A stretch of DNA of 64,000 nucleotides, taken from Podarcis melisellensis (Eukaryota). The notes beneath the pieces were generated by a model. That model was not told the origin of the DNA. It searched no databases and worked only from the letters and a program-made list of their open reading frames with translations. The DNA is taken from assembly GCA_964234715.1 (NCBI GenBank), contig OZ174290.1; one strand, written 5' to 3'. The translations under genes and the position numbers were made by a program. Numbering within the stretch: the stretch's first letter is position 1; each line of letters starts with the position of its first letter. Positions 37,608 to 49,444 of this stretch are shown in pieces.

Positions 37608-37907
37608 AGGGTGGTATTCAAGCAGTGTTAGAAATTAGGACAGAAAAGCTATTTGTCACATAGCTCCTGGAACCTAGGTTATGGGCCCAAAAACAGAAAG
37701 TCTAGGCGCCATTTTGTCCTTTTTACAAGGGTGACTTATGCTGCGGTGGGGGAAGCAGCATTTCCCTGCACACGCAGCAGTGATCTTTCCTACTCTGGAG
37801 TTGGGTGGGGAGGCATTTCTCCTCCGGTGCCCTCAGCACCAGCAGAGGCAATTTTATTCTTGAGCCAGTGGGCCTACTATAAAGGAAAACCCTACTGAAT
37901 ACCAATC
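37608..37907. mobile_element. probable MITE inserted in a minus-strand CR1 tail piece
   Basis: Ends ggtggtattca / tgaataccaa; CR1-like sequence continues across it (gggagggaattaca | aagtttaactatg). Confidence 0.4.
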
Positions 37908-38069
37908 GCAAAGTTTAACTATGCATCGCTGGGAATCACAAGTGGGAAGTCTGCTGCTGCACTGGGTCCTGCTTGTGGGCTTCCTATAAATGTATGGTTG
38001 CCCAGTGAGGTTGTTGGACTAGTAGGCCTTTAGTCTGACGCTGCAGTTTTCCTCCCTCTATCACAACAA

Positions 38070-38423
38070 TGAACCTGGGGGTATCCAATGAAGCCAAATG
38101 TTGGAAGATTCAGGGCAGATAAAAGAAGACCTTCTTCACACAACAGATAGCAGTGGCCCCCAATGAATGGTTTGAAAAAAGACAAATTTATGGAGGATAA
38201 GACTATCAACAGCTACAAACCATGATTGCTACAATCTTCCTCCACTGTTGGAGGCAGTATGCTTCTGAGCACCAGTTGCTGGAAACCACAGGAGTGGAGA
38301 ACACTGTTGCACTCAGTTCCTGCTTAAAGGTTTCTTAAGGGGATCTGGTTGGCCACCATGAGAAGAGGAAGCTGGACTAGATGAGCCACTGGCCTGATCC
38401 AGCAGGACTATTCTTAGGTTCTT
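38070..38423 (+). mobile_element. CR1 LINE 3' end
   Basis: ggaagattcagggcagataaaagaag (GRFRADKR), UTR ...gctggactagatgagccactggcctgatccagcagg and ttcttaggttctt terminus. Confidence 0.85.
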
Positions 38424-38529
38424 CCCTACTCCCCTACAACACACATGCACACCTTCTCTAGAATCACCACTGTAAAAACAAACCTCTTTATGAAATGACA
38501 GCAAGTGTAGCCTTGACGAAGGATTAGCT

Positions 38530-38891
38530 CAAGGGTCCCCAAACTAAGGCCCGCAGGCCGGATAAGGCCCAAGGGACTCGTTTATCCGGCCTGCGGCGAC
38601 CCCCGCCGCCCGCTCTTACCGGTGCTGCACTACACAGCTGCCCACTTCCGGGCCGGAGGAGCACCGGAAATAGCTTGTGCGCATGCGCAAGTGTTGTTTC
38701 CGGTGCACATCTGTGTCAGAGGAGGCCCATGCACATGCACACAAGCTATTTCCGGTGCTCCTCCGACCCAGAAGTGCACCGGAAATAGCATGTGCACACG
38801 CGTATGGGAACGCGCTCCCCCGCCCTCCGGCCCGTCGCGCAATCAGCACTGGAGACACCGGCCTGAGGCACGGTAGGTTTGCTGACCCCTG
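38530..38891. mobile_element. 362-bp non-autonomous hAT (Charlie-type) transposon
   Basis: TIR caagggtccccaaac / gtttgctgacccctg; perfect 8-bp TSD gattagct (38522-38529, 38892-38899); CpG-rich. Confidence 0.9.
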
Positions 38892-41636
38892 GATTAGCTC
38901 ATACAAAGCCAATTTAGCAAAGAATAGGTTGCCTGCATCTCAGCTACCTACCATACTTCTCTATTTCACGAAGTCTGCAAAGCTGCAAGCATTAGGAAAG
39001 GGCTACTGTGGTGTCCCTTTTGCCCAGAGAGCCATGGAAGCAAGTGCAGAACATGTGTGAAGCTCACACAGCTCTCCATGCTCCAGCCCTGCAACCATTG
39101 TGTTGGAGCATGCACACACATGCATATACAGCCAATTAGAACAGCTGTGATGACAGTGCTGGCTGAATGAACCAATGTACAGAAGCCTGCAAAGGTGCCT
39201 CTGGGAATTCATTTCCCTTTGTTGAAGGTCACTTGAATCAAGTAAGAACAGGGTCCAGGAACATGGTCTCCCCAACAGCTGCTGTTGCTGCTATAGCTGT
39301 GGTCTTACCCTACGCCTCCATGCCTAACGAGTAAACTTTATCTCTAGTGCCAAGCAGCAATAGCATCTATGCTGGTAGGAAGCAAAGAGAGGTTTAAAGA
39401 AACACAAATCCTGGCCAAAGGATTCTGACATGGGAAGTGAAGCAATGAAATAGAGACACCTCTGTTTCAATTTCCAAGTGGCATGGGGCACGCAGGGAGA
39501 AGAGAAGGGAAGTGCATAAAAACTGCAAGGTCTTTGGCAGGGACAAAATCAATGAGGTCTCCTCTTCCTAGTTCCACAGATGGAGGGAAACCGCCTGGTG
39601 GAGACGGCTCTTGTGGCAACGCAAAGTGATTACAGAGAGATTATGCTCAAGATTCTGCCTAGCCATCCTCACATCACGTCGAGCTAATCCATTCCAATCA
39701 ATCAATACACTGATCAATCACTTGCTGCCAGTAATTTAATTTCAAGGAAGCACAAACATAATTCCAGATGTCAGTTTGGTTACAAGCAATGTAGTGAACA
39801 TGTGCTAAAATGGTGGCATCTGCCATTCATTCATTCATGCAGCTAGGCAGGCACTGCCTTTCTGCCTCCCCACCCTACATCATGACAAGCTTTGACCTTG
39901 TTGGGGTAGAGTGGGGAAGGGAACAGGCACAGGGACAAGCTGTCAAACCTCACCTGGATCTGCCTGACAACGACTACCGTAAGCCAATCCCCCTCTTTGG
40001 TTTGGAGATGAATTACATTCTTGTTAATGTTTGGGGGAGGCAGAAAAGCATCTGCAACTTCCAGGGTCATTGCAAGCAATCACATGACAAATTATTGTCT
40101 TTTGGCCATCACATGACCAATCTGGAGATAAGCCTGCCATGGATGACTCACTATCATTTGAGGATTGGGAAGAGAAGTTCTCCTAAAGTAACAGTCACTG
40201 TGGACTTCCCAGTGAAAGCAAAAAGTCCCAAGAAAGGTCCTGAAGGCCAAAAAGAAAGCCCAGATTCCTTCCCAGGACAGCATTTATACTCTGATTTGGG
40301 CCCTAATTCATCAAAAAAGGCAGGCTTCCAGAACTGTGTTGTTTGGTTTATAACCAGTCCGGACACTAGAGACCACAATGCCATGCCAAGCCCCACAAAC
40401 AGAGTGGCATCTACAAGACCAGGGCACCCATGGAAGTCCTGGCTACTATAAAGTAGACCAGGGTGTGTCGTGAGTCCCATGAAGATGTCATGGAGGGCAT
40501 GGTTGGATCTGGAGGCATTGGGAGATCTTGGGGAGCTGGTGCTTGAAGATCCTGGGGAGGCCACCAGAGGGTTAAGGGTCCTCTGAGTCACAGGAGGTGT
40601 CTGATCCCAGGGAGGAGTTAGATTGCAGAGAAAGCTCAAGTGGGCTAGCCAGAGAGCACTTCATCCTTCTCCCTTCCAAGACACCTAGTTCACTGCATTC
40701 CAAGGAGAAGCTGTATCCGCTGCCTTACCTTGTCATGCAAAGGCTTCCCCCTTCTGAGTGTAAATCTGATGCTGATCTGGCGTGGATTCATCCTCTGACA
40801 CCACAGACACAGAATTGCCAGGGCGGGTGCAAACAAACTTTATCTAGCCAACCCACTAGGAAGAGTGCCCATTTACAGGTACTTGTCCAGTCCTGGGATT
40901 TCAGTGCCCAACCATCACTTCAAAAGTGGGGGAGGGGGGCATTATTTGTTGGATCCAGGTCTTAGGTCATGCTTAACCATGCATTTTACCTCTCATATAT
41001 ACATGCTCAGCTTTGTAACCTGTAACTTTCCCTATCATCTACACATTAAAGACTTTGGCGATACTGGATCTGTAAGTTTGAGTTCTTTGTGTGATGTGGA
41101 GGGCCAGGACAAAATGGGGCACATCATGCAGCCTCTGCTCATGCCCCCCCCTTGCAAAGCCATTCTATGGGCTCCTTTAGAGAACATGGTGGGGCAAACC
41201 TCCCAGAACTCCAGACTAGATGGGTCTCCATATCAAAGCAGAGAGTGTACTATTCTCTAGCTTTTTTTTCGTGGGAGGGGAGAGGAAGGGGCAGGAGGAT
41301 TTACATTCAATCCAGGCAGGAAGTGTGTCGGAAGAAGCTTTCACAATCCCAGCACTAAGCCCCGGGGAAGCATGCCTATTGACTCAGGCCCGCCATGCCT
41401 TTAATAAGGCAGCTAACAGCCATGCCTTTATATTCATCCTTACAAGCTGAAGCTACAGCTACAAGCTCGCCAGTTCAACAGGGGGGATTAGCAGGCCTTG
41501 TAACTACAGGGAACGGCACTTGCTTGGTGCAAGGTCAGCCTGGCTCTGCCCCCTCTTTTCTCTTGCGTTTTGCCATGGAGATCAAAGTAACATGACTTCT
41601 CAGGGCTCACATCAGCATCCAGCCCCCTCTCCTCTC

Positions 41637-41641
<5 letters not shown>

Positions 41642-41667
<26 letters not shown>
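41642..41667. repeat. (CA)n microsatellite
   Basis: Direct reading. Confidence 0.9.
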
Positions 41668-42009
41668 TCACTGGCCCTCTGCAAAGAATTCGAAAGCAAG
41701 AATTTGCCACCCTCAGCAATTCTGCATTTAAGCAGAAGGTGCAGATCACCTGGCCGGGAGCTTCAAATGGTCTTACCAGGCACACCTCAAGGGCCATTAG
41801 CAGAGTCAACTCTCCAAAAAGAAGAAATGGGCCATGTATGCAATGGTATAGCAATTGCTTTGCTCTGTGGCCACTGGATTGGCGGGGGGCTCCTTGGAGT
41901 CCCTTCTGCTGGCCATAATGCCACAGGAATAGAGCAGGAAGGGGCCAGTTTCTGTCTATTTATCAATCAACTGTGCACAATGCTCTTCAATTTAGAATTG
42001 TCAATGTAG

Positions 42010-42345
42010 TTTACAAAACAACAAACCAACAAAGCACACTGAACTAAAGTCAGCTGTAAAAAGAGGTCTGATAGTAAAACTACTCAGATAGTAAAAGTCT
42101 GGGGAAATAGAAAGGTCTTCTTTTGGCTGCAAAATCAAATAACCTGTCAGTTAGACCTCTTTGGGGAAAGAATGAAAGACAGGCCAAAACAGAAAAGGCT
42201 ACCCTTTGTCTCCCCCCATCACCACAGACCTCCACTTAGACAGGGAGCAGCATCCAAAGGAGACCCTTGGAAGATGGTCAGAAGGGCATCAGCAGCAGAT
42301 TGATATGGAAGCAGATTCTTCATTCAGGTAGCTGGATCCCTGAGA
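42010..42345 (-). mobile_element. L2-like 3' fragment
   Basis: ggggaaatagaaaggtcttc...acagaaaaggct...ttcattcaggtagctggatccc is the reverse complement of the L2 3' layout. Confidence 0.55.
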
Positions 42346-42356
42346 TGCATTTAAAC

Positions 42357-42492
42357 CAGGCATAGGCAATCTCGGCCCTCCAGATGTTTTGGAACTACAA
42401 TTCCCAATATCCCTGACCATTAGTCCTGCTAGCTAGGGACCATAGGAATTGTAGGCAAAAAACATCTGGAGAGCCGTGTTTGCCTATGCCTG
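42357..42492. mobile_element. 136-bp palindromic hAT MITE, end type caggcataggcaa
   Basis: Hairpin; perfect 8-bp TSD atttaaac (42349-42356, 42493-42500). Confidence 0.92.
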
Positions 42493-43534
42493 ATTTAAAC
42501 TTCTAAGTAAGAAAATCTACCAAAGGAAAAGAGAAGTGTATCCAGCTTGCACTTGGTTATTTTCCTCACTCTCTCTGTGTGCATTGATGTTGGATATTTA
42601 GTCCCTTGCAATTCAAGGCAGCAGTTTGAAATATTAAAACCAAGAGCTTACCCACACTTACTTTTTGCCCCATGCTTTGTAGGCACAGGTCCTCACTTTC
42701 CCATGCCGTGTTTGAGCGCTTTTTTCCCCACCACCACAACCACTTTCCCCAGGAAAACCTGATCTGCTGAATCGGAACAAATGGCAAGCCAAGTTTTCTA
42801 CAGATTGTCCAGACAGCAGTAAAGAGTGAGTTTTCACAGGGAAAGCAGGGGGATGACACTCACACTGACCTGGAAGGCTGGGACGTGTGCCTAGAAACGT
42901 GGAGCAAAGATGAGTGTGGATGAACCCTCAGTAACTGAAAAAAAGGTTACAGATCAAAACAGAGGATCAAGTTCTACCCTCCATTTTGCCCAGCCTTATT
43001 ATAAAGCTGGAATTCCGGCATGATCCAACTGATTAGATAAGATAACCTAACAGGCACTCTCCTAAGAGAGTGACTTGCTCTCTGTACTTTTTTGAAACTG
43101 AGATATTTATCACAAACAATAGTAAATATAAAAGCCTCATTATTACTTCATTCACTTACCCGAGCCTATATGGAGGGCCTATTGCTATAATTTCCCTGGC
43201 ACAGGTCTATTGGGATATTTGGATATTGATGATACCACCCCTTTCCTAAACCTCCAAGCAGTATCTCAAGGAGGACCAGGAACTTCTGAAACTCTGTGTC
43301 CCAAACCACCAATCAGTCCATCCCAGAAGGACAGCGTGGCTGGTGGTACTTTGACACAGAACTTTTGGGCTTCATACCATCTTGTCGCCTGCATGGGAGG
43401 AGAGCACAAGGCCAAAATTTGATGCCCTTTGCTCTGTCTTCCCAAATCCAGATAGGTGAAGTGCCAGGCTTTGAAAAGAGCTGTGCAAGGGTGGAGGTGT
43501 CAAATGTTGCCAAGGGGTGCCAGAAAAGGCCTTG

Positions 43535-43830
43535 AAGGCTGCATGCCCAGGCAGTATATTGGTTTGCTTTGGCCTAAACAAAAATGTTTTAAGCAGGCAC
43601 CAGAAAGAGTACAGTGAAGGTACATGCCTGATGTCAAAAGGCAAGGAGTTTCAAAGTGCAGGTACTGCCAAACTAAATTATTGGTTTTTTACAAGTGCAG
43701 AATAAGTATTATGGACTTCTGTAACAATAAAAGTTCCACAGATCGAAGCAGTTGGGTGGGCATATATCGGGTGAGGCAATCCCACAATACAATTAAAGCA
43801 AACACAACAATATTCCAAGACAATTAGAAG
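43535..43830 (-). mobile_element. L2-like 3' fragment
   Basis: aaaaatgttttaagcaggcaccagaaagagtacagtgaaggtacatgcctgatgtcaaaaggcaaggagtttcaaag (minus: LWNSLP.DIR..PSL..F...LKT.LF pattern). Confidence 0.7.
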
Positions 43831-43959
43831 AGCAGCTAAAAGACAGCAAATCGTTAAAAACAACAAACTTCCATCTATTGCAAAACCCAACTAGCCAGTC
43901 ACGGGCTCATTAATTATCCACTTCTCTAGTTCCTCTCCATAAGGGTGGTCAAAGCCATT

Positions 43960-44190
43960 TTTATGTCAAAATCAGATAACCAGGTTCAGCAGAGAGGCTG
44001 GCACTGCACAGCAACCACCCAGTCAAGCACCTTGTCCTCCTGCCAGATAGTTATTGAAATCCTTGAGGCCCAGGAAAGTCTTCTTTGGGAGTAGCTTCAC
44101 AACCACTTCATCCAAAGTGGCTAGGGCCTTTTCTATCTCTCGTAATGAGGTACTTATTGCCCTCTGGAGATAATCAGTCAACCCAATCTT
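43960..44190 (-). mobile_element. L2 LINE RT-proximal fragment
   Basis: SLRE...ATLDEVVVKLLPKKTFLGLKDFNNY then KVL.WVVAVQ, matching L2 LKEAVV.PLLKKPSLD...NYRP...KVLE.VV. Confidence 0.7.
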
Positions 44191-44220
44191 GCTACATGTT
44201 ATGTAGGCCATGGCTAAGTA

Positions 44221-44500
44221 CATAAGAAGAACCTGGCTGCTGAATCAGACCAAAGGCCCATCTAGTCCAGCATCCTGTTCTCACAAGATGTTCCCAGGAA
44301 ACCAGGATCTGAGAGCACAACAGTGGTCTCTCTGCTTGTGATTCCCAACAAATTGTATTCAGAGCCTTACAGCCTCCAACAGGGAAGGCAATAAACCGCT
44401 ATCATAGCTAGTAACCTTTGATAGCATTTTCCTCCATTAATTTGTCTAACTCAATTTAAAAGTCATTCAAGTTGATGGCCATCCCTACATCTTGTGGACT
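44221..44500 (-). mobile_element. CR1 3' end
   Basis: cataagaagaacc...gaatcagaccaaaggcccatctagtccagcatcctgttctcaca. Confidence 0.8.
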
Positions 44501-46477
44501 ACCTAGTATGGGCAAAGTTTGAGCAGCCACACTGTAAGCCACACTCCCCTAAGCACCTTGCCCATATACTCAGACCACAGGAACTGAAAATCTTCCCAGA
44601 AAATGTAACTAGATGTTGCTCTGGACACGTTAATGATCTGCAAAAAGCATAACATCCAAGTCGAGGTGGATACAAACAGCCTTAGCCTCGAAGAGTTTAG
44701 CAAACATGTCATTGTGCGTTTCCAAGTCTGCCTCCACAGATACATCCACATTATACTGTTAGCCAAGCTGCTATCAGGCCCTGGACTACTTGGGGTCTAC
44801 TAGATGGAACTCCATGCAAGCAATGGTAGCAGATAAATTTTCTTTTCTTTTTTTTGTAGCGGTCTCCTCCACCCTGTAGGCTTAGTAATGAGCTTGTATG
44901 TGTACCTGTTCAGATTCACACTGAGTTTTCCAACACCTGCGTTCTAACAGCCTCCCCACCTGCTTCATTGTCAAGAGCTCAATAGGAAACCAAGGGGCTG
45001 AATAAGCTCCACATTGCAAGAGAGGGTTCTAGGTAGTGATGGTGTCCCTTTTGTGGATCATCTTTGCATCCCATGGAGCAACTAGGTCACTGACAGGAGT
45101 GATATTCATTTGCTGATGTTCCTTCCATGAATGCAAGCTGCTCAGGGCTCTTTTTGGCCACTATGAAGCCAACAGGATCCCAGTTAGCTAACCCTACAGT
45201 CGGGGAGAAAAGCAGAGAAATCAAACACACCTAAAACAAATGAAGCCCCACCCCCATTTAGAAAGGGGGCCTTTGGCACAGCCTGGAGCCTATTAATATT
45301 TACTGATGTGCTGCCTGTTAGGCTAAGGAGTGGCTGGCGGCCCTAAATGTGGGCTTCGTCTTGCTAATAACAGGGGGCCAGGCGCTCGGCAGGCTCCTTC
45401 AATGTTCTGTGCAGCCAATTTGCTCATTTTCAATTACCCTTCCCAGCATGTCTGTGGGCCTTCCTGTAACATGCTTCCTGTGCCGTCTCACAGCCAAGGA
45501 CTGCTGCTCAAGATGATCTGTGGTAAAAGAAGAGCTCCCCCATCACTACAGGTGGGGCGAAGGGAAGCTCAGTCTTGGTCCCCCACCCTTCTCAAACACA
45601 CAGGGAGGGTGTGACAATAGGTAAAAGAGCCAAGAACTGGATTCCCTGCAGAGAAATCCAACACAATACTGGGCAAAACAACAAGTGACCGAGGCATCAC
45701 TGGCCAGTCCAGCTCTGTTGAAAACATTCTGGTCCAAAGACAAGACAGGGAGGAATAGGTAACCAAAATCTGGTACAAGTCAAAGGGGGTAGGAGATGGT
45801 ACAGTGGATGGGAGTAACACCTGCAGCACAGGCAAGACTCACAAAGTTAAGAAGAAGGTGGCTAATGGTGACCATGATGGGTTGCCCATGTGCTATTTCC
45901 ATACCAACAGTGAAACTTCTAAAGGTGGGCCAGAGGCCACATCAGGTTACAATGTGAGTGTGCATGCGCAAGCACACATACACTTGCATAGAAGTGTTTT
46001 GATGCTGCAACAACAACAGAGGAAAAGCCCCCCTCAGAATATACCCCATGGGGGAGGATGACAACTCACAGAAAGCCTGACAGGCTGCTGACAGTGACAA
46101 AGAACTCCTTGCTGCCAAATACCTGCAAAATTCTGCTTTCTCACCCGTGCCATCCAAGGGCAGACCACCAGTCCCTTGACACTTGAACTCCAGAGTCTGA
46201 GCTGATGAAACCCCCCAAGAATGTTGGGGGCCACAAGTCAGTCAGTAAAGATCCAAGAATTCAAATTATAAAGAACCCATAAACCAACAGACTGCAGCTT
46301 GTGAGGAGCAGATTCATTTCCTAACAGGTACGTGTACAAAGGGCATTTCAGAAAGAACAAAAGAAACTGTGAATTTTCAGAGCCAGAAAAGGGTCAAGAA
46401 GCAGCACATCATCAGGCTATGGGGAACAAGCCAGCCCCCGACGCAGCCCATGCATGCACAGAGGAGCTGGAAGCCTC

Positions 46478-46489
46478 TGGTGGTGGTGG

Positions 46490-46529
<40 letters not shown>
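46478..46529. repeat. (TGG)4 followed by (CTG)12
   Basis: Direct reading. Confidence 0.95.
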
Positions 46530-46532
<3 letters not shown>

Positions 46533-48337
46533 GGTGATGGACATCCATCTTCCAACACTGACAGGCTCTGCCCAGGAGCATGCAGCAGACTGCAATCCTC
46601 CGCCAGGCTGAAATACAACAGCGGGAAGTCCCCAACTGTTCTCCATGTAGCATTTAATCTTAATAACATTTCATCTTGGCTGACAAGCCCATGTAATGCG
46701 GTTTAAAAGCCACGACTGCCCTGACACCCTAACAGAGAGGAACAAAAAGGCTCTCTCCTCCCGTCTAATACATTTGCTAAGGTCACCGCTTTAAACCTTC
46801 TGACTGTATCTTACTTGCCAAGCTGGGAGGCTGCTTTATACAGCCACTCAGATGAAACTGCGGGAGCTGCTCGTGTCCCCCTCCTTTCCGTTCAGGATTT
46901 CAGCTTGCGCTCCCCACCACACATGCACACTCAGTCTCTCCGTCTTTTTTTTCTCAGCAAAAAGCATGAAAGTTCTTTATGTAGTACAAGTGCAAAGCTT
47001 TGAAGATGCAGCTGCAGAGGAAACCACTCGCTTAGGGGGGAAAGCGGAGGCCAGACTGAGCTGGCAAAGGGGCAGCTGAGCCACAGAGAACCGAGAGAGG
47101 GCTGGGAGAGCCTTGCAGATCAGAGACTGGCTTAGACTTCATCCCTGCCTGTGACAGCCAGCCAAGCCTAGAGAGAAATTTTAAAAGTGAAATGAGTGCA
47201 AAAGATCCAGCAAGAGGATACCCAGCCAACTGGCCAGCAGCACGGATCCAAGTCAATGGCGCTCATCCAACCCTCCAGCCTGATTTCAGGTCATTAGAAG
47301 ATGATGAAGATGAAGCCCCGCAATGCCCAACTGTCAGGCATTCTAAGACCAAACAACTGGCAACTCAAGAACCTTTCCTCTTTGTGCTGCACAGCAAAGA
47401 GTTGTCACTATTGGTCTCACAGCCTGAAGCTGAAACATCTTTGGTATTTCATGATCCTTGGTACTCTGAAGTCCAGAGCCTGCAGAAGAGGTCAGTGTTA
47501 CCCAAAAGCTTGCAGCTAATGTTTTGAAGGCTACATTGCCACCACAGGATTAGAATTTGTCCTATGTGATTAGAGGGACACACACAAACAGCTGTGAGAA
47601 CCCATATGGAGACAGGCAAAGTTTTACTTTAAACCTGTGACAATTTAAAGTCCACACAAGCTTCAGTTTCCATCCTCTGCCCTGACTTGCCCAATGCCAG
47701 CAGGGTAAAGAATGTGCCATTTAAAAGGGTGCAGTTTCCTGAACTTCTGCTTTAATGCACCCCAAAGATATCCTTGCAACTGGGGTAGAGCCTCTTCTGC
47801 CATCTGCTATTATGTGGGGTTGACCATGTGGGTTTTGGGGACAGCATGTCTTCCTTACAGTGGCACAAGCCTGCAAATTCAATGGACTGGAGCCTCTGTC
47901 GTGTGAACCACAGAAAATGCAGACAACGCTCACTGGAAAGCAGATGCTGCTTACCATGCATGATCACACAATTGCTCAATTCTTGGGGATGGCGGGGAGA
48001 GATGCAAAAAAGATGGTGCTGATAAGCAAACCCTGCAGCAGACCCATCATCCCTCTGAATAACCTGCCTGCTATCCCAGATAGCCCAAGAAAATGCAGGA
48101 GCAGGAGCAGCAACAAGAAGAGATTGCCAGGCACAGCAGGGATTGTAAACAGTGCAAACAGAAGCTAGGCACATCCCCTCTCTCTCTGAGGCAACACACA
48201 CAAGTGTGGTGGGCATGCAATGTTTCCTACCATGCTCCAAGATAGGCATAGAAACCCCACTGGTTACATGACATTTTACCTCCCATCCACTCCATCCCAC
48301 AAACCACCATCCCTTTGAAACCAGAAGAGGTCAAGAT

Positions 48338-48512
48338 TAAGAGCTGTTCAACAGTGGAACAGGCTCCCTCGGGAGATTATGGACTCTCCTTCATTAAAGG
48401 TTTTTAAGCAGAGATTGGCTGGCTACATGTCATGGATGCTTTAGTTGAGATTCCTGAATTGCAGGGGGTTGGACTAGATGACCCTTGGGGGGGTCACTTC
48501 CATTCCATGATG
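48338..48512 (+). mobile_element. CR1 3' end
   Basis: RAVQQWNRLPREIMDSPSLKVFKQRL; gcagggggttggactagatgacc...ttccatgat terminus. Confidence 0.88.
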
Positions 48513-48584
48513 TTAAACAGAGCAAAATTGACTGAATCATACAATATGCCACCTCATCCAACACCATAACAAGAGCATCCTCAA

Positions 48585-49290
48585 TAGATGGTTGAAGACC
48601 TCCAGTGAGGGAGAATCACCAATATCACTTGGTCCTTTTGTCCAATTGCTCTTACCAGAGAGAATTCCTGCTTCATTCTTAACTGAAATCTACTCTCCTA
48701 AGATTTAAGTCCTCTGATCTAGTCTTTGTCCTTCAGAGATATGAAGGATTTTCTCATTTCCCACCCCGTCTTTTTCCTCCAGGCTAAATATGCTCAGTTC
48801 CTTCAACCTTCCTCATTCTGGCACTGGCTGTTTTTGTGGTTTTTATTTTTTATGATTTTAAATGTACATTGTACTTAATTTATTTTTTAGGTTTTAGTAA
48901 CCTGCCCTGGAACCATCTGGTAAAGGGTGGGGCTATAAATAAGTGAATAAAGCAAGCTCCCTTTGCAGGACTCGTTTTCCCTACCATCTTCATTGCTCTC
49001 CTCTGAACCCATTTCTAATTTGTCTGCAATACATTCTTCTTAAAGTAAAATACCCAGAACTGGACAAAGGACTCCAGGTGAGGTCTGACTAATGCATAAT
49101 AAAGCAGAACTATTCCCATGACTTGGAAATTATGGTTCTATTAACGCAGCCTAAAATTGCATCTTGCAGCCACATCCCTGCTGACTAATATTTTGTTCAT
49201 GATCGACCACAAATCCAAAGTCTTCTCCACACGTCCTACCGCTAAGCCAGGTATCCCCTATCCTATACCTATGCATTTTATGACTCTTTT
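48585..49290 (-). mobile_element. CR1 ORF2 C-terminal fragment with an L2-type tail inserted at about 48820-48950
   Basis: Minus strand encodes YRIGDTWLS, LVRPHLE...QFW, LKELSIFSLE-type motifs. Confidence 0.8.
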
Positions 49291-49324
49291 CCCTGACCTG
49301 AGATGAATATTAAGGAACCCCCCC

Positions 49325-49444
49325 TCCCCCATTCTTGTTACTTTAATTTGTTTTAAACTGTTTTAAACATTGTATTTTAAATTGTTGTGACCTGCCCAGG
49401 GACCTTAGGGTGAAGGACACATAAAATAATAATTAATAATAAAA
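49325..49444 (+). mobile_element. L2-type terminal tail
   Basis: ttgttgtgacctgcccagggaccttagggtgaaggacacataaaataataattaataat; similar to 48890-48950. Confidence 0.55.

Noticed and set aside
39810-40639. Overlapping 213-aa plus and 161-aa minus ORFs
   Set aside because: No domain, motif or convincing splice sites; such lengths arise by chance in 64 kb.
46417-46653. PolyQ/polyH frame resembling a transcription factor
   Set aside because: Produced by the CTG/TGG microsatellite; all frames give homopolymers.
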